Shown here: piece after piece, positions 52,417 through 61,058 of the stretch
Numbering within the stretch: position 1 is the stretch's first letter
Layout of the letters: each line of letters starts with the position of its first letter
IMG/VR virus record: IMGVR_UViG_3300025133_000030
Coordinates: 89,804-153,803 of that record
DNA length: 64,000 bases
Origin: a virus
Direction: 5' to 3' (one strand)
The notes under the pieces: model-generated
What the model was told of the DNA's origin: nothing
The model's database searches: none
What the model saw: only the letters and a program-made list of their open reading frames with translations
Program-made: the position numbers and the translations under genes

Positions 52417-55400
52417 TGCTAGTCAATTCAGATAATATTTCATCTTTATCTTCTAGGGCTTTTATAAAGCAAATCTCTGTTGATCTGCAGTCATCTGGTG
52501 AGCTTGCCAGCCTTCGAAGCAGAGATCCTCACATCTTAACAAGCGATTCGGCAAAATCATCCTCGCAGACCGGCCTGAGTGTATCTCTCGATTTGGTGAT
52601 CAAGGCCAGTCGTCAATTGGCAAATCACCTAGTTTCACCAAACAAGATGATGGAATCATATTTAAGAAATTTAAAAATTCGAGTCCTTAAGGTAGATAGC
52701 GATGCATCAAAAAAGATGATAGTATCACGTCTTACGCAAATTGGGGCATCTTCACCAGAAACCCTAAAAAAACTAAAGATAGAACACAGAGACGTAAGGT
52801 TATATGATCTTTTGCCTATGGACGGTGTGTCTCGACTTAAAAAGATAACGTCAGATACCTTCGGGCCGACCGATGTGGAGATGTACAATCTCACAACTAG
52901 GGTTACTTTTGATATGGGAAGCACAAATCCCTCTCACTTGTCTTTTATTGCATTCACATGTTCTGAAAAAAGTAAAACAGTGTCTCCCTATTCTTGTGAC
53001 ACTGTTTTTGTGGACAGTACGATACCCTCTGAAACATACATAATGTTAGACTCCAATAATGCAATATGGCTTGATAGGGCTACTAGGTGTAGAAACAACA
53101 AGTATGTTAAATGGTCAAGAGGTAGGTATAATCAGTTTCTAAACGCGTTGGCAAGCTTGATCACATCGCCACCAGTCAAAAAGAGAACCTCATTGTATAC
53201 ATCGTATCGAATGGAGCTTCTTCCTTTGATGCAGGGCACCACCGAACCACTTCTGGCCATTAGTAAAATGCTCACCAAATGGAAAGAGAGGAATCCATCA
53301 ACTTCCGCGGGCGATTTATATAACAGATCAAAAGATTTGTATAACTCCTTTATTAGTTCTGAGTCAACGCTGATCCGAAGAAGAATAGCGGTGACAAAGA
53401 TAAAAGATTTTAGACCTATTCGCACACTTATAAAAAAGTCAAAAAGAATGGAGTATAACAATTCAATATCAACTCCCGTCACTCCGTTTCAGACATCTTA
53501 TGACTTTGGGATAGAAAAGTTTGTAGCAGATAAGAAGGTTAGAAATTCTAATTTTTCTGAATTGTTTTTATCAACGGAGATGACAGGGGATGTCAATGGT
53601 TTTTTCGCAATGGATTATATGGCTATGCTAAAATCAGAAATAAGCTTCATCAGAAGGTACCAAAAGTTATCCAGCGTGATACTGGATTTTTGCCCGTTAT
53701 TGGCCATGACCATAGTTCGCCGCCGAGTGGAGGATAATGCAACTGGTATTATGGGCCTAGGTCGAAAATCTCACAGACTAATGAAGCAGGGCATATCAAA
53801 AGAGGAAACCATAGTGGGGTTTTATGGTCCCTCTGGAACTTCTGCTAAAATAGAGGGATCCAACCCAAGAGGCTCATTGAAAGAGGAGCAGCTCTCAGTT
53901 GCAGGTCAAAATAATGATATAAGATATTTCACTTTCAAAGATAGGGATATTGCTAGAATTGCAAACGGAAGCTACCAATATGGAGTAGAGTTTGTTTTTG
54001 CAGACAATACAGTTGGCATACCACGCTCACATATATCCAAAATAAAATCAATAAAATCAACTTTACAAGAGTACCAAGCCCAGTGTTCTTCCGTCAGTAA
54101 CCACGATATCTCTACTGGTAGGATAACTTCGGCCATCGCGCCGAAGTCCAAGGAGTTAAAAGAGTTGATCAATGGATATATTTCGACAATGGAGTACTTA
54201 AATCTTGTGTCGCCTAATTCTGTTTCTGCGAAAGGGATATATAACCTCATCGCTCCAAGGATTGGGACTTTGTCCGGGATTGCTTTGTTCTTGGAGGCAG
54301 TAGATGGTTTGGCTTCTATGCTTCAAGATTCTATAGGATCGAAAGAGAGTGCATCTAGTTCCACCCGGGACGCAACAGCTAACTTCTATTCTTCAGCTGC
54401 TAGAACCAGAAATAACAAGCTTATAAAAATAAAGAAATTTTTTAACACAACGGTAAACGCAAGCGAAACAATGATGCCACATTACGAATATATGCCGACA
54501 ATCTCAGAGGGTTCTAATATGCCATCTATATCAGTATCGGCATTTTCAAGCACTTACGCGTTATCACGAGTTCCTGCTGCGGTGTGTAGCATGGGAGAGA
54601 AAACGCTAATTGGTTCTGAAGTTCGTTTTGTTGGTTCTTCGACCGATGCCGAAAAGAGAGAATCAGAAGAAGCTGAACTTAGAAATCTCGGTCTCTCTAT
54701 TATAAACCACTCGTTCTTCAAGAGCATGACCGCAGGTAAAAATGGTTTGATGTACAATTCCCTCAATCTAAAGGAGAAGGCATCATTGAATTTGGAACAT
54801 CTTAATGCAAACAATTCATACACCTACTTCGATACAAAGACTTCAAAAGAAGCAGCAGAAATGTCTAACGAAGAAAAAGCTAGCTACGACACATCGATCA
54901 GGCATTATTTCGGCTTAGGAGATTCAGCTGTGCACAAAGTGGACACAGAAAGAGAAAACCATCCAGAAGCTGCAATTATCGGCCAAACAAATCTTTTTGA
55001 ACAACCTTCAGAAGTTTTCGTTGGTGGGGAAATAACCTCTCAACTCTTAATGGCTTATAGATCACAAGCTAGGGGCGTAGAGACTTTTAGTGGTTTTGTA
55101 ACAGACCCCAAAGGGAAGCCGTTACTTAAGAAGGCTATTTTTGCGCCTCTTGGTAAAATCTCGGACTCCAATACTAGAATGTTTTGCAGAATAGCGCCGC
55201 CTCAAATATCTTCAACGCGACCAGATTTCGCTACAAAGAGGTTAACTCTACCTGTACATAAAGAATATTTTATGATAAACCCAGACAATTCTTCACCAAT
55301 GGTTGCTAGGTTTTCTCAAGAGATGAGAGATTATTTTAAAGATGAGTCTAGATTAGCAACAGTTAATGAACAAGAATATATATCAGTAGGATCAATTCAA

Positions 55401-55445
55401 ACAATGAACTATTCTTTTACGAATAGTACGAAGGCAGGATACTGA
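52416..55445 (+). CDS. Hypothetical 1009-aa protein (probable virion component)
   Basis: Long ORF, TAATG-coupled, inside the structural module; no family recognised. Confidence 0.7.
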   Translation: MLVNSDNISSLSSRAFIKQISVDLQSSGELASLRSRDPHILTSDSAKSSSQTGLSVSLDLVIKASRQLANHLVSPNKMMESYLRNLKIRVLKVDSDASKKMIVSRLTQIGASSPETLKKLKIEHRDVRLYDLLPMDGVSRLKKITSDTFGPTDVEMYNLTTRVTFDMGSTNPSHLSFIAFTCSEKSKTVSPYSCDTVFVDSTIPSETYIMLDSNNAIWLDRATRCRNNKYVKWSRGRYNQFLNALASLITSPPVKKRTSLYTSYRMELLPLMQGTTEPLLAISKMLTKWKERNPSTSAGDLYNRSKDLYNSFISSESTLIRRRIAVTKIKDFRPIRTLIKKSKRMEYNNSISTPVTPFQTSYDFGIEKFVADKKVRNSNFSELFLSTEMTGDVNGFFAMDYMAMLKSEISFIRRYQKLSSVILDFCPLLAMTIVRRRVEDNATGIMGLGRKSHRLMKQGISKEETIVGFYGPSGTSAKIEGSNPRGSLKEEQLSVAGQNNDIRYFTFKDRDIARIANGSYQYGVEFVFADNTVGIPRSHISKIKSIKSTLQEYQAQCSSVSNHDISTGRITSAIAPKSKELKELINGYISTMEYLNLVSPNSVSAKGIYNLIAPRIGTLSGIALFLEAVDGLASMLQDSIGSKESASSSTRDATANFYSSAARTRNNKLIKIKKFFNTTVNASETMMPHYEYMPTISEGSNMPSISVSAFSSTYALSRVPAAVCSMGEKTLIGSEVRFVGSSTDAEKRESEEAELRNLGLSIINHSFFKSMTAGKNGLMYNSLNLKEKASLNLEHLNANNSYTYFDTKTSKEAAEMSNEEKASYDTSIRHYFGLGDSAVHKVDTERENHPEAAIIGQTNLFEQPSEVFVGGEITSQLLMAYRSQARGVETFSGFVTDPKGKPLLKKAIFAPLGKISDSNTRMFCRIAPPQISSTRPDFATKRLTLPVHKEYFMINPDNSSPMVARFSQEMRDYFKDESRLATVNEQEYISVGSIQTMNYSFTNSTKAGY

Positions 55446-55446
55446 A

Positions 55447-58400
55447 ATGGCAGACAGATATCTACCACGCGCGCTGGGATCAAACACATTGATCAATGTC
55501 CTGCGACAAGGACCAACAGCAACAGCTTTAAGAACAGGTACTGGTTTGAGACTGGAACAAGGGATAGATGCATCGGCGTTCCAAGCAAGCTTGAGGACTC
55601 CACCAAGAGCAGAAGAGCCATGTGTCGACCCAATCACTGAGGAGTTCGACGAACGCGAAGAGTCCCAAGAAGAAGAGGTGTTGGAAATTCACGAAGAGCA
55701 AATAGATCCCATCTCCGACGCCGACACGGCAGCCTCAAGGATCCTTCGAATTGTCTCATCATCTAGGACAAGAGTTGCCCCAAATCAATCATTCGACGCT
55801 AGTGCTGACCCAATCATGTTAGGAAGTAATTGCATGTTTTACGTCTTTCCGGAGGTGGAAAACTCCTTAACAGACGTTGAGGGCGCTCTCTTATATGGTC
55901 AGTCGATAAGTTATAAAAGCCCTTCAGTTCGTCGAGACATGCATGTAACGTTCAAGAACCCGTTCGACCAGCGGTATTCCAGCTATCGCGCTAAACTGAG
56001 TATTCTTGCAGATGCTCAAGAATCCATTAGTAGAGATGTTCTGACGCTTCATGACCATAAAAGAACTCTAGAAGGGCTACCTTCTTATATGAATGGCCCT
56101 CATTTTGGGCCCAACCGCGACCGGGTACAAGTATTCGGCAATGGAACTGGGCAGGCTGAGTTTCACGTATTGAAGATGAATCTTAGCGACGAATCCAGTA
56201 TGATCATCTCCAATCCCTTCACCCTCGCGTCGAGGGAAAATTGGAAAGAATACAAGAGGGAGTTGCTTTCTAGGCTCTTTGGAAATGATAGTGTGAGTAG
56301 AATATATAGCTACACTAATACATCTTTTGAGACACCAATAAGTCATGCCAATAGGAGGTTCGTCGAAGAAAGCAACCCTAAGATAGCCAAATATCAGGCA
56401 GCATACAACTTCTATAATGCATCATACGAGCCTACAATATCCGGTCCAAGTAGAGGTATACCACACCACTTGCTGCCCAGTATTTATATGTTTGCAACAG
56501 AACTTTTCTCAGCCGGCTCCGGTGCAGCCAATCATCGCACCGGTGACGGAGATCTGCTATCAGAAGATCAAATACCGCTTGGTGTTAAGAGATTTATAAG
56601 GCTTGGAGATTTCACGACCAAGGCGCGAATACCAAATATATTTCGCGACATCGAATCCGGCGGCGATAACCCTAAAAAAATAGGTGAGTCTTCAGAGGGT
56701 CAATATTATCAAAGTTGGGCAAACACAATTATGTCGTTAGGTTCGGATGAATACTCAGGACTAGTCGAGTCTTATAACACTTATAAAAACTTGATTTATG
56801 TATCATCAGATAAAGACAAGGGGATGAAAACAAAGATAAACAATATTTCCAGATTCGTCCCGATGTATACAGAAGTAAGATTTGATGATAAGGCAAAGGC
56901 CTCTTCGATGGCTAGTGTTATGTCAAATATGACCCACGAAAATGTCGCCGCTTGTGACGCACTATTCGCATCCGACGTTGTAAGTGCTCTTTCTCGCAAT
57001 AGCGGTAGAGAGAATTTTATCGAATCCTTTTCCGTTGAGATAGAAAGGGAAGAAGAAAAAAGATCCGAATCTAAAGTTCAAAATATCTGGAGAAATTATT
57101 ATGACCTAGAGCGTTGGTTTGAACACTACAGCAAATACGATGGCGATGGCAATGACCCGTACGCACAGGCTTCAACATGGGCGGACCGCGATGAGTCGTA
57201 TATCGTAGGCGAATCGTTGGCGATACGAGCGGTCACAAGAGAATCCGTAGACGGCCGAGCCGCGGCGTCTAACTTCTTGCACGATGGAGTTCTAGCATCT
57301 GAAGAAGCGGCACTCAACCTGAAGCGCGAACATGGCTTATCATACATAGATATGTGCAACGGGAAAAGAACCCACTCAGAAGTGTTGATGTACCGGATAG
57401 ATAAACATGTTGTTATGAGAACTGGTGAGCCGGAACCTGAACCTGTACAAAGTTTCTATATCACTCCCGGCGCTGAGCCAGACGACGGAACCGGCGTAAG
57501 CGGCGTAAGCGGAATAAACAGAGAGATAAGGTATTTAGACTCTCAGGTTAAGTTTGGAGAAAGGTATATATACAAGATCTTTGCACATTTGTTGGTGGTT
57601 GGCATGGACTACATGTATTTCGACCACACACACATGCCAGAGGATCTCTTTACTGTCCATCCCGGAAACAGAGATGAGTACATTTTAGCAGTGACATACC
57701 CAACGTTGAATGTGTATGAGGTGCCGTACTTTAACTCACACGAGTCCATACCAGAAGATAGAGTTCTTGTCACTTCTATTATGGACAACCCGCCGCCCTC
57801 ACCTCAAGTTGAGGTAGTTCCATATGTTAATATAGACAACAAGATCGGTATAAGACTTGAAGGCTCTATAGACGATTATGTTGCATCTCCAATAATGTTG
57901 AGAGATGGAGACGAAGAAGCATACCAGAGAATTTCCGAGTTTCAGAGAGATTTTCTTGATTCGATCGAAAGGAATACTATTACTTCACCGGGAACTGAGG
58001 CAATACGTTTCCGCGCTGATGACGTTGTTTCTGGGTTTGAGATTTTTAGGACAACCACTCCCCCTCGATCGTGGCAACACTTTAGGGGCAAACTGTTGAC
58101 AACCGTCTCTACCGGTGGTATGTCTAATTCCTTCTTTTATTCTGACGACGTCACCCCTAACACGGATTATTATTACACGTTTAGATCAACAGACATTCAC
58201 GGAAACACATCGAACCCTTCTCCGATATATAAAGTTAGAATGGTTAACGATGCTGGTTTAATCTATCCGATAATAGATACAGTAGCGTTGTCAGATCAAG
58301 TAACGGAAAAGGAAGAATCATACTCATCGAGCATGAAGAAGTACCTTAGTATAGCGCCTGTCGCTCAGCAGATGGTTCTAGACATGCAAGAAACTCAAAT

Positions 58401-58632
58401 GCTACGAACAGCTCAAGCCGAACAAGGCGATGGCGGAGAAGCTCTCAATTATGTGAATGTTAAAGAAAATGGCCAAACCACAGTGATTCTCCCTGCAGAT
58501 CAAAAGTATAGAATTGGGACAACGGGCCCCGAAGGAAAGAAGTTCAAAATAAGATTGACCTCTAAGTCTTCTGGCAAGAAACTTGATTTAAATGTGTTTT
58601 TGAAAATTAAACAGGAAACAGAACAACAATAG
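55447..58632 (+). CDS. 1061-aa putative virion protein with C-terminal fibronectin-III-like motifs
   Basis: YLDSQVKFGERYIYKI and DDVTPNTDYYYTFRSTDIHGNTSNPS are FN3-like strand patterns. Confidence 0.6.
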   Translation: MADRYLPRALGSNTLINVLRQGPTATALRTGTGLRLEQGIDASAFQASLRTPPRAEEPCVDPITEEFDEREESQEEEVLEIHEEQIDPISDADTAASRILRIVSSSRTRVAPNQSFDASADPIMLGSNCMFYVFPEVENSLTDVEGALLYGQSISYKSPSVRRDMHVTFKNPFDQRYSSYRAKLSILADAQESISRDVLTLHDHKRTLEGLPSYMNGPHFGPNRDRVQVFGNGTGQAEFHVLKMNLSDESSMIISNPFTLASRENWKEYKRELLSRLFGNDSVSRIYSYTNTSFETPISHANRRFVEESNPKIAKYQAAYNFYNASYEPTISGPSRGIPHHLLPSIYMFATELFSAGSGAANHRTGDGDLLSEDQIPLGVKRFIRLGDFTTKARIPNIFRDIESGGDNPKKIGESSEGQYYQSWANTIMSLGSDEYSGLVESYNTYKNLIYVSSDKDKGMKTKINNISRFVPMYTEVRFDDKAKASSMASVMSNMTHENVAACDALFASDVVSALSRNSGRENFIESFSVEIEREEEKRSESKVQNIWRNYYDLERWFEHYSKYDGDGNDPYAQASTWADRDESYIVGESLAIRAVTRESVDGRAAASNFLHDGVLASEEAALNLKREHGLSYIDMCNGKRTHSEVLMYRIDKHVVMRTGEPEPEPVQSFYITPGAEPDDGTGVSGVSGINREIRYLDSQVKFGERYIYKIFAHLLVVGMDYMYFDHTHMPEDLFTVHPGNRDEYILAVTYPTLNVYEVPYFNSHESIPEDRVLVTSIMDNPPPSPQVEVVPYVNIDNKIGIRLEGSIDDYVASPIMLRDGDEEAYQRISEFQRDFLDSIERNTITSPGTEAIRFRADDVVSGFEIFRTTTPPRSWQHFRGKLLTTVSTGGMSNSFFYSDDVTPNTDYYYTFRSTDIHGNTSNPSPIYKVRMVNDAGLIYPIIDTVALSDQVTEKEESYSSSMKKYLSIAPVAQQMVLDMQETQMLRTAQAEQGDGGEALNYVNVKENGQTTVILPADQKYRIGTTGPEGKKFKIRLTSKSSGKKLDLNVFLKIKQETEQQ

Positions 58633-58647
58633 TTTGAAAAAGAATAC

Positions 58648-58689
58648 GGCGTAAAATATTTTAAAACTAGAACAATTTGGCGTAAAATA
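58648..58689 (+). repeat. 11-bp direct repeat GGCGTAAAATA x2 (31-bp period)
   Basis: Copies at 58648-58658 and 58679-58689 in an intergenic gap, immediately 5' of CTAATTA. Confidence 0.8.
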
Positions 58690-58696
58690 CTAATTA
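58690..58696 (+). promoter_or_regulatory. Candidate late promoter CTAATTA
   Basis: Intergenic, 22 nt upstream of ATG 58719, followed by GAGGAG RBS. Confidence 0.5.
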
Positions 58697-58718
58697 AAAA
58701 AAGAGGAGTTTATTATAA

Positions 58719-59702
58719 ATGGCGTTTTTAGATAACTCGGGAGACATAATACTTGACGCAGTTCTTACTGACGCGGGTAGAAAAAGGCTAGCCAGAGCCG
58801 ATGGATCCTTTAGAATAGAGAAGTTTGCCTTCGGAGACGAAGAGATAAATTATGGCTTATACAACAAAGATCATGCTAATGGCAGCGCGTATTTCGATTT
58901 GGAGATTCTTCAAACACCAGTCTTGGAGGCTTTCACAAATAACACCTCTCTAATGAAAAGTAAATTGATCTCGATTCCTAGAACTGATCTCTTGTATCTT
59001 CCAGTTTTGAAATTGAATGAGGTTGCCCCGGGTCTCCAGAAAGAGACAGAACGCTTCACGGACAGTGATGATGTTAATAAGGGATACTTCTTGGTAGCAG
59101 TCGACAGGTCTACAGAAACGGCGATTACTGATCAATATGGAGCAAGCAACGGCAAGATACCCAATTTCTTTCATGGTGGCAGCAATAAAGTAACGAACCA
59201 CAGGATAAGAATAGATCAAGGCCTTGATACTACAGAAATCTCTCCTAGTTTTAGACTGGATCCACAACTTTATGAGGGGCAATATATTGTTGAAATGGAT
59301 GATAGATTAGGATCTCTTTCTACTTCAGATAGAAGAATCGCGAACGCTTCTTATGTCGATGACGACAATATTGCAAGCTACTTTGTAGCGGATCGCGGCT
59401 TTGTCACGATGAATACCAAAACTGGTAAAAAGGGTGATAACCCAGATGAGCAAGGCTTGGATGGTACGGACGAAGTCATCGAAGGGCCTCGCGGAACTTT
59501 TCTTGAAATGGCTATTCGAGCAAGCGTAGAATTGCAGTCAAGTACTTTCTTGTTTACGAAAATGGGCACAACCGTTGCAGCTAGCACTGCTGGTGCAGCA
59601 ATAACAGCTGCGCATTATTTCATAGACTCCACAATTCGCGTCACGGGAGCCAATACTGGCTATAGCATTGACGTCCCAGTTAGATACATCAAAAAGGCGT
59701 AA
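58719..59702 (+). CDS. Putative tail/baseplate protein with gpH-like (tail-fibre attachment) N-terminal motif
   Basis: DAVLTDAGRKRLA....I.KFAFGD resembles the LT..G...LA start of P2 gpH-type domains; strong RBS. Confidence 0.6.
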   Translation: MAFLDNSGDIILDAVLTDAGRKRLARADGSFRIEKFAFGDEEINYGLYNKDHANGSAYFDLEILQTPVLEAFTNNTSLMKSKLISIPRTDLLYLPVLKLNEVAPGLQKETERFTDSDDVNKGYFLVAVDRSTETAITDQYGASNGKIPNFFHGGSNKVTNHRIRIDQGLDTTEISPSFRLDPQLYEGQYIVEMDDRLGSLSTSDRRIANASYVDDDNIASYFVADRGFVTMNTKTGKKGDNPDEQGLDGTDEVIEGPRGTFLEMAIRASVELQSSTFLFTKMGTTVAASTAGAAITAAHYFIDSTIRVTGANTGYSIDVPVRYIKKA

Positions 59703-59712
59703 GGTATAAATA

Positions 59713-61047
59713 ATGGCAACTTCTTTTAAGACTTTTTTAAACAGCGACATAACAACAACAAGAACCCTCTTACACGAAGCCGTGCCTATTACCGGAGCGG
59801 TTCTCTCTGGGACCTATGAGCACCACAACGGCAATGGCGTCCCTGCAGGTTCCGGTGGCACCGGAACAGATAAAACTCAAGTAAATCAGAAGACTTATGC
59901 CCATGGTATGTTTTCTTCTATTTATGACTATCCCTACTTAAGTTCTTCTGCTAATCATATTATAGACGTCACGGCTGGATTTTCAAACGCTTCCGGTTTT
60001 AGCGGTAGTACCCGAGGCGACTCTGGCGTAGCCACTGTCCAAAACGCAAAAAAAATAAATATATATAATCAAATGGCTCAAATGCTAGCTGGCTACGACG
60101 AAAGTGGAGCTATTAGGGATTTTGATATAGATGGAAATCATTCATCAACTGTTGGAAAAATGAAAGAAGTTTACTTTATAAACTTTTCTAGGCTGTTGAC
60201 AAAGGATGAAATCAAGAAGGGTTCATTTAATTTAACTTTAGCGGTTTCGGGTGGTTTCACAGAGAAACCTAGGACCTCTGCTCAACACACTGAGCACGCA
60301 AAGCTTGTCAAGCTAACGGACGCCTCTGGGTCTAACGGGTTTAAAACAAACTCTCCCGCTGGAGAGTATGGTATTCTTTTCGCCACTGGATCAGCAAACG
60401 CCGCCGCAGCACAGGTTGTTGGCCAACAAGTTGACGGTGTTGGAGATCTCCATTCAGATCCCATTTCGCAAAAAACCATGGCCGCCGGAGGAACCTCTAA
60501 TGCGAAGCCCGCGGGCCTGATTTTCTATCAAGCCGGCATTGCAGTCGTCACAGCATCTATTTTCAACACTGCATCGGTAACTAATGGGGCATACACAAAC
60601 AACGAGGGCATGGGCCTCCTCGAACCCGCTAACGTCTGGAAAGGCACCGGTGTGGACGGCGCTTTGGTTGGAACACAAGTTATTCAGATGGATGGCGATG
60701 GTCACGGTGTAGATAATCGTTTCTCTTACGGTACAATAGCGCAAAACGCGGAATCACTGATGCATAGGATCACTGACATCAGCTTTAACAACACAACAGA
60801 GCTTAACTCTACTGTATATTTCTGTCGCGCAAACCACAACGAGTTCAACTACTCTTCAAATCCGACATATCTAGCTGACAGCAAGATGGTCGTAAAGAAC
60901 AGCACACTAGACTCACCAGTGACTTACTTGACAACTGTAGGCATGTATTCTGCCAACAATGAACTTCTTGCTGTTGCTAAGTTGAGCGAGCCTATCAAGA
61001 AGGATCCAACAAACGAAGTAACCTTGAGGGTGAGGCTAGACTACTAA
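59713..61047 (+). CDS. Putative tail/baseplate structural protein
   Basis: C-terminal TTVGMYSANNELLAVAKLSEPIKK; Gly/Ser/Thr-rich; paralogous C-terminus to the next gene. Confidence 0.65.
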   Translation: MATSFKTFLNSDITTTRTLLHEAVPITGAVLSGTYEHHNGNGVPAGSGGTGTDKTQVNQKTYAHGMFSSIYDYPYLSSSANHIIDVTAGFSNASGFSGSTRGDSGVATVQNAKKINIYNQMAQMLAGYDESGAIRDFDIDGNHSSTVGKMKEVYFINFSRLLTKDEIKKGSFNLTLAVSGGFTEKPRTSAQHTEHAKLVKLTDASGSNGFKTNSPAGEYGILFATGSANAAAAQVVGQQVDGVGDLHSDPISQKTMAAGGTSNAKPAGLIFYQAGIAVVTASIFNTASVTNGAYTNNEGMGLLEPANVWKGTGVDGALVGTQVIQMDGDGHGVDNRFSYGTIAQNAESLMHRITDISFNNTTELNSTVYFCRANHNEFNYSSNPTYLADSKMVVKNSTLDSPVTYLTTVGMYSANNELLAVAKLSEPIKKDPTNEVTLRVRLDY

Positions 61048-61058
61048 GGAGTACTAGC

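Noticed and set aside
57492-57512. CGGCGTAAG tandem repeat resembling the 58648 repeat core
   Set aside because: It is an in-frame 9-bp duplication encoding GVSGVSG; sharing 7 bp with the intergenic repeat is plausibly chance.
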